The notes beneath the pieces were generated by a model. The model ran no database searches and had not been told where the DNA came from. It was given only the letters and a program-made list of their open reading frames with translations. DNA of 64,000 nt from the NCBI RefSeq assembly GCF_001194135.2, contig NC_068981.1, positions 9,047,508 through 9,111,507 of the forward strand. The letters are read 5' to 3'. The stretch comes from Octopus bimaculoides (Eukaryota). Shown one piece after another: positions 46,730 through 59,983 of this stretch (position 1 is the stretch's first letter; every line of letters begins with the position of its first letter). The translations under genes and the position numbers were made by a program.

Positions 46730-47230
46730 TGGAGACAGTACGATTAGCATACCATAAATTGAGAAAGGTCTGGAGTTCCAAGTTAGCCAGGAAATTGAAA
46801 GTGAGGCTGTTTCTGGCAACAGTGGAGTCGGTTCTTCTATACGGGGCTGAAACATGAATGTTTACTAAAGCATTGAAGAAGCAGTTGGACGGTTGTTATA
46901 CGAGGATGCTTAGAATGGCACTCAGTGTCTCCTGGAAGAGTCATACAACAAACGCCGACTTATACCAGGGACTACCAAAAGTAACATTGAAGACACAGCA
47001 TAGAAGGATGAGGCTAGCTGGACATTACATCAGACAGACCGATGAAAGCTAGTGCTTTGGCAACCAACAGAAGGAAGAACCAAGAGAGGAAGAAGGAAGA
47101 TGACCTATATTGACAACTTGCTGGAGGATACTGGTATGGAAGGGGTACAGGAGCTGAGGACCATTATGGAAGGTCGAGATGGATGGGAAAAACATGTGGA
47201 AACAGTCTTGGGGTGTCCTGAGGGATGACC
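46730..47230 (+). mobile_element. RTE-like LINE C-terminal remnant
   Basis: KVRLFLATVESVLLYGAET..KKQLDGCYTRMLRMAL..RRMRLAGHYIR. Confidence 0.85.
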
Positions 47231-47274
<44 letters not shown>

Positions 47275-48265
47275 GACCCTCCCAAGATTTGTTTTAACAC
47301 AAGAATTGACATCAAGAATCTTGCAAACCAAATACAAAAATGAAGTAGGATCAATGTGTTTCATGGGGTGGGGGTGGGGGCTACAAAAACAAACAAAACA
47401 AAGTGATTGCAAAATATTTCATGAAAATAATTTATTGAAATTAGGACAACAAAATATTCAAGTTACACAACATTTTCTGAATTCTACATTTAGGAAATGT
47501 TTTATCAGACTGACAATATTTATTGTATTTTCTATGGTTTATATTTTATTTTTTGTAATCACAGCATTTTACACTGAAGAATAATTTTCAGTACAACTTT
47601 TTTTTTTTGTAATATTAAATAACATTTTTATACCATAAATATTTCTATTTTCAAAATCTATCTTAGATTTATTGTGTGTTATTTACATAGATTTAATAAT
47701 TTCTCTAATGAAACGCAAACAATATCCATGTGTTTTTATTATGAACTAAATGAAGAATTTGGAAGAATAATTAGTGTTTTCATGATTAAGATGGTATTTG
47801 GAATATAGTAACTGAAGGTTTTTACTTTCATATTTTTTGACAGATTTTTAATCATAGAACAAGAAACAGCTTTGGATGGGTTGGTGTAAACCAGTTACCA
47901 TTGTAGGACACGCTTAACAACAATGATAAACATTTATCAACAACAACAACAACATATATATATATATATATGTATACATAGACATATATGTATATACACG
48001 TACATATGCGTGTGCATACATACATACATGCATACATACATGTAATTTAACACCCTGCCATCTCTTCTAATCAAAGACTATGTTTCACTGCCATAAAACA
48101 ACAGGTCTACTTCAGCACATATCACAAGAGAATCACAGACACTTTCATGGTCACTTAAGCACCAGTAGATAAGTTATTCTGCTAATGTCTAACACAATCA
48201 AACATTACACTTTAATTCAATGGTTAAAGTAAGAATTAAATTCATTTTACCTAAATTAATTTAAT

Positions 48266-48268
<3 letters not shown>

Positions 48269-48338
<70 letters not shown>

Positions 48339-48392
48339 AAAATATATATACATATATATGTATATGTGTGTATAAATATATGTATATATACA

Positions 48393-48423
<31 letters not shown>

Positions 48424-48425
48424 CA
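48269..48425. repeat. Compound (CA)n/(TA)n microsatellite
   Basis: Direct reading. Confidence 0.95.
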
Positions 48426-49051
48426 TACTGTATATAAATCTTAAACTGATATTGAGCAGATCATAACTCAAGGAAGTGCTCAATGCATGATAAACGTAGA
48501 GTCAATATTTCTTTCTTAATGAGATAATGGCTGGTAACAATATAATGGTTTCAATGGATTTTGTTCCCTCCTCAATAGTAACAATGAATGTTTACCAAAT
48601 TTATAGAAGTACTGAATGAACATGAATGATGGAAACCCTTGAAGGGCTGCCCCCATACAGTCACAGTTCAATGACTGTAAAATGATATGATACAAAAAGA
48701 TTAGACTGTAGAACAAAACTATTGGCAGTCAAGTCTCTACGAGATTGTCAGTGATTCTTATGGAATAAATGCTGAGGTAGTTTGAGTCGTTTACACCAGC
48801 AAACATAATGGGAAGATATTTTAGAAATATGCTTTCATTCCATTTTCCATGCTGACATGGATTAGAGGGATATATTACTGAGACAATGTTTTATAGCCTG
48901 AAGTCCTTCCTATCACTAACCATTACTTGTCTTTTAAGAAAAAAGATCTTATACTTTACACATCTTCAAAGGTACATAGCAAGCTGATGATTTGCCGACA
49001 GAAGTGACAACAACCACAATACTCATTGTGATTTTTGTAGAGTGTAAATGT

Positions 49052-49082
<31 letters not shown>

Positions 49083-49244
49083 TCTATTCGCATGGCAGAA
49101 GGAAGGATAATAGGGTGTATTTGGTCAAATGTTGTCACCTGGAATGCAACAAGTTACTTTGGTTCTCATAAATGCATTGTTTAAATTATATATCGAAAGA
49201 ATTAATGTATAATAACATGTAATTATATATACATATTTATAAAC

Positions 49245-49254
49245 ACACACACAC

Positions 49255-49323
<69 letters not shown>

Positions 49324-49352
49324 CAGACAGGCAGGCAGACAGACAGACAGAC
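49245..49352. repeat. (GATA)n grading into (GACA)n; another (GATA)n at 47232-47272
   Basis: Direct reading. Confidence 0.95.
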
Positions 49353-50109
49353 AGTCTGTTGAAATAAGATGCAGCTTTATTGACAATGTTCCATATTATT
49401 GAAAAACATTCATATCTGAAGGTTTTATTAGTTGCAAGTAAGCTGTTGGATGGGAATGGTTTTGATTGTCAAATATAATCTGGGAAGTGTTGCTGACCAG
49501 ACAAAGATAACTAACCTTAATATAGTGAATATTGAAAAACTTATTGTATTTGTATATGAGAGATGCTGTCTTACTAATAATGTTTGGCAATTGCTGACTA
49601 TGCCCATGGTAACATACAAGTGATGTGATGGATTAAACCAGCTTTAAGATTAAACCTTTCTCTTTCTGGTTCATATCTGGTATGGAGAAGGAAGGTAGGT
49701 GTTTCGTTTAGAAACAGCTTCACACCAAAACCACTTCTAGCTCTAGCTTCTGTATTATTATAACAAGGAACATCTCTATCAAAGATGTCCATGTCCCAGG
49801 ATAAATCAGAGACTCTTCTACATATACCAGCATCCAACTTCTATGATTATGGAGGATGATTACATACACTCACACACACACCACACACATTGCATTGTCA
49901 TTTAGTTTTCTATAGTGGTGATGCTTTCTGGTAATTAAATACAATGAAAAGCCAAGGAAGTTGGTTCATATTAGATTAGTGCTGATATTTATAATTAAAC
50001 CAAATTCTATAAATATATTCATTAGAATGTTTCTAACTCTGTCCATTGAATGGTGATCCAATATTGTGTGAGATTGTTAAGCTGTCATCTCTGTTTAATC
50101 CTAAGCTAT

Positions 50110-50600
50110 AGCAAGAGTTTTACATTCTAAAAGGATCAAGGATAAACAACCCCAAGAGATCTGCCTCTGCTGCTCCACCACAGAATCCCATAGAAATGTT
50201 GTGACTTATTAAGGATCATCATAGAGCAACAGAAACTTCCAAGTATTCACTACAATATTCGTGTCAAGGTCTCTAATCAAAGAGGAACGGTCTCAATAGG
50301 TCAACGTCTTTCAAAGGGAGCGTTTTGATGTAAGCATTAAAAGTCTTCTATGTTGGAATGGGTAAATCTATTGGATGGTTTGTTTTCAATGTCATGGAAC
50401 CATTTTCTGGCAGCAGAGCTGCAGTTCCATTGTTCTAGCAGTTCTCTCAATTTTAAGTATACGTTTGCTAATTAACTTTTGGAGAGATCAATTAAACTGC
50501 ATTTAGGGTCGGAGAGGAAACGAGCCTTGAGGCCATTAAGGGTGAGATGAGGGAGTACAAGCTAAGGCAACTTAGGTAAGCTTGTATCCTTAATAGGGAG
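50110..50600 (-). mobile_element. Penelope-like RT remnant
   Basis: QWNCSSAARKWFHDIENKPSNRFTHSNIEDF and a decayed MGFCGGAAEADLLGLFIL resemble the PLE RT motifs QW.N...VI.WF / DIVDFYP / MGS.DGAE.CELVGL. Confidence 0.6.
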
Positions 50601-52379
50601 TCAAATTCTGTTGTTTTCATGTTTGTGGGGGTGATGGGGTGTATGTTTTTTTATGTGATTTTATTTGTGAAAAGTTGTGTGTGTGTGTGTGTACACAGGT
50701 TTGTGTGGTAGTAAAATAAATTACACTTGATTTCAAAAATAAATCTTGACATTGGCCATATTAGAATACTGACTATATATATCATGTTATTATTGTTGTT
50801 GTTTTAATTATTAATCATTTTCATTATCATCATCATCATCATCATCATCATCANNNNNNNNNNTCATCATCATCATCATCATCATCATCATTAGCATTCA
50901 TGCCATCCTGCTAGGACAAGTCCTAAATATAGGTCTTAAGACAGAGAACCACCAATGTGGGTGGTGGGACAATTGTCGTTATTGTAGGGTGGTGGATGTG
51001 TCCAAACTCTTTTGTGGTTTTTTATGTGATTTATTGATAGATCTATAACTGATCTATAGCTGGGTCATAGTTAGGGATTGGTAATGCAGGCCTGGCTGCA
51101 AGACAGAGTTACAAAAAAGGGAGCAATCATTGACCAAAGTTACTTCCAAAGTGATTCTCATTATTTTTCTTCTTATTTTGAGTCAAGAAGGCAGCAAGCT
51201 TTAATATTTCAAACTTGACATTATAGTATTTACGCATCATCCATAGCTTCAATCTAAAATAAAATAAAAATTTAAACTATTAATCGAAAATAATTAATTA
51301 GCATAAATAAATAATTAACATTGTGGCTGAAAATAATTAGAGGCAGTTTTTTTTTCTTTTTAAACAAATAAATAAAACTATTTAAAAGATTTGTTTTGGT
51401 GCAAGATGACACAAAGATGATTGTTCACTGACACCACCTGAAAGTCTAATCTGAAATGTTAGTAAATAATTAAAATTCTAAATAATTCTGTTGTTGATTC
51501 AAGGTGAGTTTAAATCCTGGACATTCAACTTTACTTCAGTCTCAAAGGAACCAACTTCCCTCAAACACTGTGTTTTCTCTTAAATATCTCAGAAATTGTT
51601 GCCAATGGAAGACATTTTTCACCTCTGAAGGAATATTCAGAGATGTGTCTTGTTTATTAATATTGTATTTGTAGTGTGGCTAGCTTCCTCTAAACTAGAA
51701 TATCCTGCGTTTACTCAGAACATATTAATCTATAATCTGTCAGCATAAAACAAACAATGAATGCATGAACCACTGACTAATAATAAACCTCTGACCTTGG
51801 ACAGGGTTTAAAAACTAGTTTTTATATTGAGAAGAGGTGGAAAAAGAAAAAAACCCCACCACCTGACTTTCCATTGGCAAATCGGATTCTTTTAGTTGTT
51901 GGCTGAAAGAAAACAAAGCTGCATTGTTACTTCTTCAGCTTTTGCTCCTCTCAACTTGCTACCACCACCACCATCACCCTGCAACCTTTACCACTACCAA
52001 CCACATTATTGCCACAAACACCACCACCACCACCGCCGCNNNNNNNNNNNNNNNNNNNNNNNNNNNNNNNNNNNNNNNNNNNNNNNNNNNNNNNNNNNNN
52101 NNNNNNNNNNNNNNNNNNNNNNNNNNNNNNNNNNNNNNNNNNNNNNNNNNNNNNNNNNNNNNNNNNNNNNNNNNNNNNNNNNNNNNNNNNNNNNNNNNNN
52201 NNNNNNNNNNNNNNNNNNNNNNNNNNNNNNNNNNNNNNNNNNNNNNNNNNNNNNNNNNNNNNNNNNNNNNNNNNNNNNNNNNNNNNNNNNNNNNNNNNNN
52301 NNNNNNNNNNNNNNNNNNNNNNNNNNNNNNNNNNNNNNNNNNNNNNNNNNNNNNNNNNNNNNNNNNTATATATATATAT

Positions 52380-52575
52380 ATCAATCATCATCATTTAACA
52401 TCTGCTTTCTATACTGGTGTGGGATGGACGGTTTGACAGGAACTGGCTGGGCAGTAGACTACACCAGGCTTCAGTGTCTGTTTTGGCAAGGTATTTCACA
52501 GCTGAAGGCCATTCCAAATGCCAACCACTTTACAGTGTGGACTGGGTGCTTCTTAAGTGGCACCTGCACTGACAG
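52380..52575 (-). mobile_element. RTE-tail copy next to a gap
   Basis: catcatcatttaacatctgc...aatgccaaccactt. Confidence 0.7.
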
Positions 52576-52659
52576 GGTCACCAAGGGACTTTGCTAGACA
52601 AAAATCTTCTGAGAGGGGTGGGCGTATTGGAGGAGGGGATCTTGTGTCAGATGATGAAA

Positions 52660-52737
52660 GGTTAGAGTGAGACAGAGAGACAGAAACAGGTGTCTTGCTG
52701 TAGAGGAAGTACATAATTACCTGGTTGGAGAGAGGGA

Positions 52738-52787
<50 letters not shown>

Positions 52788-52960
52788 AAGTGACAGAGAG
52801 AGAAAGACAAAGTGACAGAGAGAGACAGAGAGAGACAGAGACAGAGAGTGATCAAGAATGAGGAGGAGAGAAACAGGTGTGTTGCTGTAGAGGAGATAAC
52901 CAGTCAGAGGGAGAGAGAAAGAGAAAGAGAGAGCAAGAGAAAGAGAGAGCAAAGGAGAGC
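52660..52960. repeat. (AG)-rich purine tract
   Basis: Direct reading. Confidence 0.9.
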
Positions 52961-53899
52961 TGGACAGAGATGGTGGTGAAGTGCCAGGGCATACTCACAA
53001 GGAACAGGGGTCAAAATATAAAAGGGATGGTAGAATAGAGCAAGAGTGATAGATGCTGGCAAGTCTGGGGGTCGTAATATAGATGGCAGGGTATTAGCAA
53101 AGTAGTGAGAGATGGATGCCAAGAGTGTGGGTGTGAGGAATGCAATGACTGGTGAAACTTGGGTGTATAGGGGTNNNNNNNNNNNNNNNNNNNNNNNNNN
53201 NNNNNNNNNNNNNNNNNNNNNNNNNNNNNNNNNNNNNNNNNNNNNNNNNNNNNNNNNNNNNNNNNNNNNNNNNNNNNNNNNNNNNNNNNNNNNNNNNNNN
53301 NNNNNNNNNNNNNNNNNNNNNNNNNNNNNNNNNNNNNNNNNNNNNNNNNNNNNNNNNNNNNNNNNNNNNNNNNNNNNNNNNNNNNNNNNNNNNNNNNNNN
53401 NNNNNNNNNNNNNNNNNNNNNNNNNNNNNNNNNNNNNNNNNNNNNNNNNNNNNNNNNNNNNNNNNNNNNNNNNNNNNNNNNNNNNNNNNNNNNNNNNNNN
53501 NNNNNNNNNNNNNNNNNNNNNNNNNNNNNNNNNNNNNNNNNNNNNNNNNNNNNNNNNNNNNNNNNNNNNNNNNNNNNNNNNNNNNNNNNNNNNNNNNNNN
53601 NNNNNNNNNNNNNNNNNNNNNNNNNNNNNNNNNNNNNNNNNNNNNNNNNNNNNNNNNNNNNNNNNNNNNNNNNNNNNNNNNNNNNNNNNNNNNNNNNNNN
53701 NNNNNNNNNNNNNNNNNNNNNNNNNNNNNNNNNNNNNNNNNNNNNNNNNNNNNNNNNNNNNNNNNNNNNNNNNNNNNNNNNNNNNNNNNNNNNNNNNNNN
53801 NNNNNNNNNNNNNNNNNNNNNNNNNNNNNNNNNNNNNNNNNNNNNNNNNNNNNNNNTGGCCACACTCAAATGGTGCTTTTTAAATGCCAAATAAATTTA

Positions 53900-54530
53900 C
53901 TAAGGCTGGCAGAAGACGATTTATTTCCATTATTAAAGGTGTAATTGTGATTAACGATGTGTTTTTTGATATAAAGTTTTCTGTTGCACCGATGTAAAAG
54001 AAATTCTTACCTTCAGATTTCACTCTACATCTATATACTACGTTTTTTTTGGCTTACACTAATTATGAAACAAACAATTAATTCTAACTTTACAAATCAC
54101 AAAATATATTTTTGTCTTTTCTATATTTCTTATATTCAGTATGATGGTTATTTACTACTTTACTAGAATTCGTCAGGTTAAGATGGGATTTAATGTGGAT
54201 TGTTTCCCTTTGAACATCACCAGAATTAATTATACATTTATTATTAACATTACATCTTTGATTTTTAATATCGTTGCATTTAATCTGTCTTTTATTGTTA
54301 TAAAAATTTGATAACTTCCTCTCATTAGGGGAAGAAATAATTTGGGACATATTTTTCGAAACAGAAAAAGCCACTCAAAGAAAACTGGCGTTATTTATAT
54401 TATAATAATTATTTTCTTTGGTAAAATATTTAGAAAATAGTTTGTATAAAGATCCAACTAAATTATTCTTAATTTGCTTTACAAATGGAATATTTTTATC
54501 AGAAGTTACATTACAATTTACAAACCTTAT
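53900..54530 (-). mobile_element. Penelope-like GIY-YIG endonuclease region, decayed
   Basis: ORFs 54375..54560 and 54090..54374 are in one frame split by a single TGA (KLFSKYF..SVSKNMSQIISSPN..RCNVNNKC). Downstream, NVVYRCRVKSEGKNFFYIGATENF is a GIY-YIG motif. Confidence 0.75.
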
Positions 54531-54667
54531 ATATATATATATATATATGGGGTGTATCATTTTATTCTATTATTCCTATTACTAATTTTATGAACATTTT
54601 CGGATGTGCAGAGCAATAAATTTATATCAACCAAAAATTTTGAAAATTTTCGAAACTTGACTACTTA

Positions 54668-54669
54668 TG

Positions 54670-54740
<71 letters not shown>

Positions 54741-54822
54741 AAGCATGCGTGAGTGCATGTGTGCGTGTGTGCATGTCTGCATGCGTGTATGTGTGTGCAT
54801 GTGTGTATGTGTAAGTATGTAT
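54668..54822. repeat. (TG)n with degenerate (TGCA/TGTA) extension
   Basis: Direct reading. Confidence 0.95.
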
Positions 54823-54824
54823 AT

Positions 54825-55065
54825 CCCATCATCATCATCATCAGCATTGAATGCCTGTTTTTCATGCTCACAAGGGATGGATGGTTTAACAAGAGCTTGC
54901 AAGCCAGAGAACTGCACCAGGCTCCAGCTGCCTGTTTCGGCATAGTTTCTATGGGTGAATGCTCTTCCTAATGCCAACCACTTTACAGAGTGTACTGTGA
55001 GCTTTTTACGTGGTACCAGCACAGATACTTTTTACATGGTACCACCATTGGTGCTTTTGATGTGG
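54825..55065 (-). mobile_element. RTE-tail copy
   Basis: (CAT)n, tail, and repeated ggtgctttt(t)acgtgg modules. Confidence 0.8.
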
Positions 55066-56029
55066 CACGAGTGTAGGTGTTTTTTAATGTGGTGACACCA
55101 AACAATATGTCAACATTCAATAATGAATCTTGTTAATTGGAATATAACCATAGACTGTATAACACTGAGCCATGATGAAGAAGAAATCGACTGATTTGAA
55201 AGGTGAAACTAATTTTCATAATTCCAGTCAAATAGAATTTTCTAGAGCAAAAATTAAGCCCCAGAAAATAATATTTTAAGGGCATTTGCCCTGCTAAAGT
55301 AGGGGTTAGTCTTGAGTGGCTCATGAAAGCCTCCTCCATTTTACACTATCATCTGCATCATACCCACCAACCCCATACCCTCATTTCCACCTCAGTTATT
55401 TTTAGCCTCTCCCTCTCAGTCTTCCCTTTCCTCTACGTCCTTTCACATTTATTTCTATCATTCTTCTCACCCACTTCACAAAACCATCCTCTCCCAGCAC
55501 ATGACTCAACCACTTCATCCCATTTCTCATCACAAACATCCATCACTGGCTTTATTCTCTTCCTTTTTTACAATCCATTGTTTGTCTTTCTCTCTCTCTA
55601 CAAATTCCTCCCCACTTATCCACCAAACCATTCTCATTTCCATTTCGTCCAGTCTTCTCTGTTGCTGTTCCATGCTCATTATCCATGTCTCACTCACACA
55701 AACACTAACCACTTTCTGAAGACATACAACCGTACACTTTTCCCTGTGACACATTCCTCTCCTCATTAATCATCACTCACTTCCTACAACTTCTTCTATG
55801 TACATCTTTAGTCACCAACACTGATTCCAAATTGTTATTTTCTTACACCAAACTATGTCTTCAGTATAGTGTAATGCCAGTCTATACCGATATCAGTATT
55901 GTTATGTTATATCAAATGGAATCAATGTCAATATTTGTTCTATGCTGATATAGTTGTTGTATTGTAAGGGTGGTGGGGCTGGTAGAGGTGGCATCATGCC
56001 AAGCAAAATACTGATTGGTTTTTCATCCA

Positions 56030-56190
56030 TCTTTATCTTCTCAGTTCAAATTCCATTGAGGTTGACTTTGCCTTTCACCCTTTCATGGTTAATAAAATAA
56101 GTACCAGTTGTACAATGGGGTCAATATAATCGACTTACCCCAGTCCCCACTGAAATTGCTGGCCTTGTGCCAAAATTTGAAACTAATATT
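56030..56190 (+). mobile_element. Deu/Nin-domain SINE fragment
   Basis: gttcaaattcc..gactttgcctttcacccttt..ataaaataagtaccag. Confidence 0.7.
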
Positions 56191-56519
56191 CTTGTTGTAT
56201 TATAACATCAATATCAATGGCGTTATTATGCCATGTAATATAAAAGTTATCAAGTAATTGTTTTATTTGTCTATTTTTTTTGTATTTTTGTGTTTAAGGA
56301 AAGACTAAATTTTCAATAAAGAAGGGAGTGGGGTCGGGGGTTTGGGAGAGAATTGGTTTGGTTCATGTGGAAGTTGGAAAGATGTGGAGGTAAATCTGGG
56401 TTGATGAAAGAAAAAAATGACACTTACGATGGCAATGGTGTTAATTACATAATTACATAATTACAATAATAATGATAGCAACAGTTGCCATAGCAGCAGC
56501 ATGATAATGACTTACAGTT

Positions 56520-56780
56520 ATATACACACTTATGCACACACACATGCACACACACATGCATATGCACACATACACACACATACAAACATGCACACATGTA
56601 CACACACATACACACTTATGCACAAACACACACACACACACAAATGCACACACACACAAATGCACACACATGCATACACACATACACACATGCACACACA
56701 TGCACACACACATACAAGCATGCACATATACACACATACAACATGCACATACACACAGATGTGCATGTATGTATATAGAA
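56520..56780. repeat. Cryptic CA/CATG/CATA microsatellite
   Basis: Direct reading; explains the His/Thr-rich and Val/Cys-rich ORFs here. Confidence 0.92.
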
Positions 56781-57289
56781 CACAGTTTGTCTGTGTTTGA
56801 AGTGGTTGAGTGTATATATTTATAAGAATATATGTGGGTTTTTTTGGACGTATATATTATTTATGCTGATGCAAATGGATTCAATCTCTCTTTTGAGGCA
56901 AATAATGTTGACCTTCTGTTTGTCCCTTCATCAGCCCTGTTCTCCATAAAGGAAACTCATCCCGTGTCCACTTAGAGTCCACTTTAATGAGTGGTGGCCA
57001 TTATAACACACTCAGTTCAGATAGAATAAAGAGGCAGACAATGGTGACTGGCAGATTCTAGTCTGAGCTTGAACCACATTCGTCTCCCTACAAACATTGA
57101 TTGGAATTCAAGTGTGAAATGTTTCACCCAGAAATATAATTGAAACACCTAAAAACACATATTCTATGATAACATTGTCTAACATATCAACTATTTGTCT
57201 AAATGCTCTCTCCTCTTCCTCTCTTTTTCTCTCTCCTCCTCTCTCTCTCTCTGTATGTGTGTGTGTATGTGTGTGTTTGTATGTGTGTG

Positions 57290-58095
57290 TACATTGTCAG
57301 TGCGCATGCATAACAGAGTGTAAGTGTCCCAAGAGAAAAGTTGGACATAAAAAGCATCAGACGTGGTGTGCAAGAGAGACGACTGCATAGGTATGGCCAT
57401 GTGATGTGTATGGATGAGGACGGCTGTGTGAAGAAGTGTTGCACGCTAACGGTGAAGGAAACCTGTGGAAGAGGTAGACCCAGGAAGACACGAGATGAAG
57501 TGGTGAAGCATGACCTTCGAATGTTGGGCCTCAGGGAAGCAATGACAAGCGACCGAGACCTTTGGTTATGTGCTGTGCTTGAGAAGAAGACCCATCAAGC
57601 CAAGGGAGATTGTAGTCATGGCCGATGCCAGTGTTGTGCCCATTAAAATCAGCCTCCAGTTGTTGGGAGATATGCTGTGCTTGTGAAGACCTGTTGATCC
57701 AAGTGAAATTGTAGTCATGGCTGATGCCAGGGCCATCTCACTGGACCTTAAAAAGCACTGTTTGAATACTGGGTCTCAAAGAGGCAGTGACAGGTGACCA
57801 AGACCATTGGCAATATACCATGCTTGTGTAGACCTGTCAAGCCAAGTGAGACCATAGTCATGTCCAATGCCGGTGTGGAGGTCAATGACACCCATACCGA
57901 TGGCATGTAAAAAACATCTACTCTCAGAGTGATTGGCATTAGGAAAGGCATCCAGCCATAGAAACCTTACCAAATCAGATCGGAACCTAGTGCAGCCCCC
58001 ACCTAGCTCACCACTTTTCAGTCAAACCTTCCAACCCATGCCAGCATGGAAAACGGACGTTAAATGACGACAACGATGATGATGATGATGATGAT
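57290..58095 (+). mobile_element. 5'-truncated RTE (ORF end, UTR, (GAT)n)
   Basis: ORF 57341..57646 RRLHRYGHVMCMDEDGCVKKC..GRGRPRKT..DRDLW, followed by the tail. Confidence 0.9.
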
Positions 58096-58449
58096 AATGT
58101 TATGCATATGGTCACTCGGGTTTTATGTTGGACATATCACATGAGCATCGCATTTGAAAAGAATCAAGCTGGTTGATGTGCTTTTGGTACAAGATTTAGC
58201 ACCATAAAGCAATGTTGTCAAGACCCCCAACTTATATACATTAACTTTCGCTTTCAACGATACATTGTGGCTGTTCCAATGTCCGTGATGAACTTTGCCA
58301 AAAGTAGAGTGAGCCTTCCCGATTCATTGGACACAAAGGAACCAAGATAAGTGAAGGAGAACACAATTTTTAATATGCTTTACTAGCAACATATACAGCA
58401 GGAAGATGGTCACGGATGGGCTGATGGACAAATATACATATACATATAT

Positions 58450-58537
58450 ATCAGATTGGAGCCTGGTGTTGCCATCCGGTTTCACCAGTCCTCAGTCAAA
58501 TCGTCCAACCCATGCTAGCATAGAAAGCGGACGTTAA

Positions 58538-58568
<31 letters not shown>
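58450..58568 (+). mobile_element. Very short young RTE tail inserted in a (TA)-rich repeat
   Basis: Nearly identical to 37730-37835. Confidence 0.85.
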
Positions 58569-58569
<1 letters not shown>

Positions 58570-58639
58570 ATATATATATAAAAATTTATATACATATATA
58601 TACATGATGGATTCTTCTGTCATGAATGACAAATGAGGG

Positions 58640-59090
58640 TTCAATACAATAAAGCGTTTATCATGTACTCATGTTCTATGGACACGAACGTGTCCCTTGA
58701 GGCCTGCTGGTGCCTTGTAAACCTTTTGGCAAATGGAACAAGTTGAGGACTCAGTTTTCTAGAGTGCTTATGGATCATTCACAATGTGTTTTCTTGAGTG
58801 GATGGCTGGGCCTGCTTTGCTTCATGCCACGAAACCATAATAACGACAGCTAAGGTTTCCATTTAGAGGAGCGGCATTCTGGCCAGCATGCCTGTATTCT
58901 TGCATGAAGTTGGTCCCAATATGCTGGAGTCGACTTTGTTCAAATCTTTGAACTGAGGAGAAGCAGGTCCTGTGTTTTGGTCCCTTATTTTCTCAGGAAG
59001 AAAAGGGAATATTGCATCGCTTGAGATTGTCTTTTAGTTTGTCTCTGAAGTGCAAGAGTGGCCTTCAAGCTGACCTTCCTGTCAGGAATA
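58640..59090 (-). mobile_element. RTE (BovB-like) C-terminus with C2H2 fingers
   Basis: LHFRDKLKDNLKRCNI...TCSICQKVYKAPAGLKGHVRVH. Confidence 0.75.
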
Positions 59091-59983
59091 TAAATATATA
59101 TATATATATATATATTNNNNNNNNNNNNNNNNNNNNNNNNNNNNNNNNNNNNNNNNNNNNATTTAAAACCAGTGGCCCAACATATTGAAAAATCTGAAGA
59201 TTCAGAAAAATTATATTACATATATATAAGAAGGATGACCACTAAGTGGACATCCATTTTGCTAGATGTAGACCCCATATGGTCTGACCACTAAGAAAAG
59301 ATTGTTCTCAAAAAAATTCAGCGGCCATGAAAAGACTAAAAATTTTCAGTGACTTTGAAGTTTAACTGGTTGAAACTTCAAAGTCACTCTCAATAATATT
59401 CTTGTTTAAGAATAATGTGTGTGTGTGTACAAAAAAAAAAAAAAACTCCCACAACAACTATAGTTATCCGTAATTATAAAAGGCAATTTACAAAACCCCA
59501 TCGACTGAATTCCCATTAAAACATTAGAAACAAAACCTAATCACTGACACCCCACAACCAATTAACAAAGCCGACTAAAATCTCCTTTCAGACCAGTCTA
59601 AAATAATAGTGGAATCCAACCAGAACCAGGAATCACAATAATGAAAAACATTGAAATAGTATGAATAGAAGTCACCGAAATGTCAAAACAAACAACCAAA
59701 AACATATACAAATACACAGACACAACAAATGTAGACATCCAATCAGAAATCTTGATTGCTATTTGCCACCACTAAAACCATTTCCATCAGCACAACCATT
59801 ACTAACAATGACAACCCCCCCCCACACACACACACCAATTTATTTTCATGAAAATTAATTGGCTGACTTGTAGCTGTTAAGATAGTTGGAGTGAGATAAT
59901 CAATACCGGCTGCCAAAGATGTTAAAAATTTGAGCTTTTGGCTCCCAACTCACTCTCCCACAGAACTGTAACTCTTTTTACTA

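Larger units (their letters stand above)
52040..53856. other. Large assembly gaps at 52040-52366 and 53175-53856; others at 25994-26003, 44042-44051, 50854-50863 and 59117-59160
   Basis: Runs of N. Confidence 1.

Noticed and set aside
51896-53894. The longest ORFs in the track (up to 328 aa)
   Set aside because: They consist of X residues from N-gaps plus microsatellite translation.
53998-54045. Minus-strand donor-like GAAG|gtaaga suggesting an exon of a fourth gene
   Set aside because: It lies inside the GIY-YIG motif of the Penelope remnant, and no partner exons were found.
54375-54377. Single TGA between two in-frame ORFs, suggesting selenocysteine or read-through
   Set aside because: The frame is a decayed Penelope-like ORF with further stops downstream, and no SECIS was recognised.
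56453-56825. His/Thr-rich and Val/Cys-rich ORFs (also 54627-55022 and 48256-48483)
   Set aside because: These are translations of CA/TG microsatellites.
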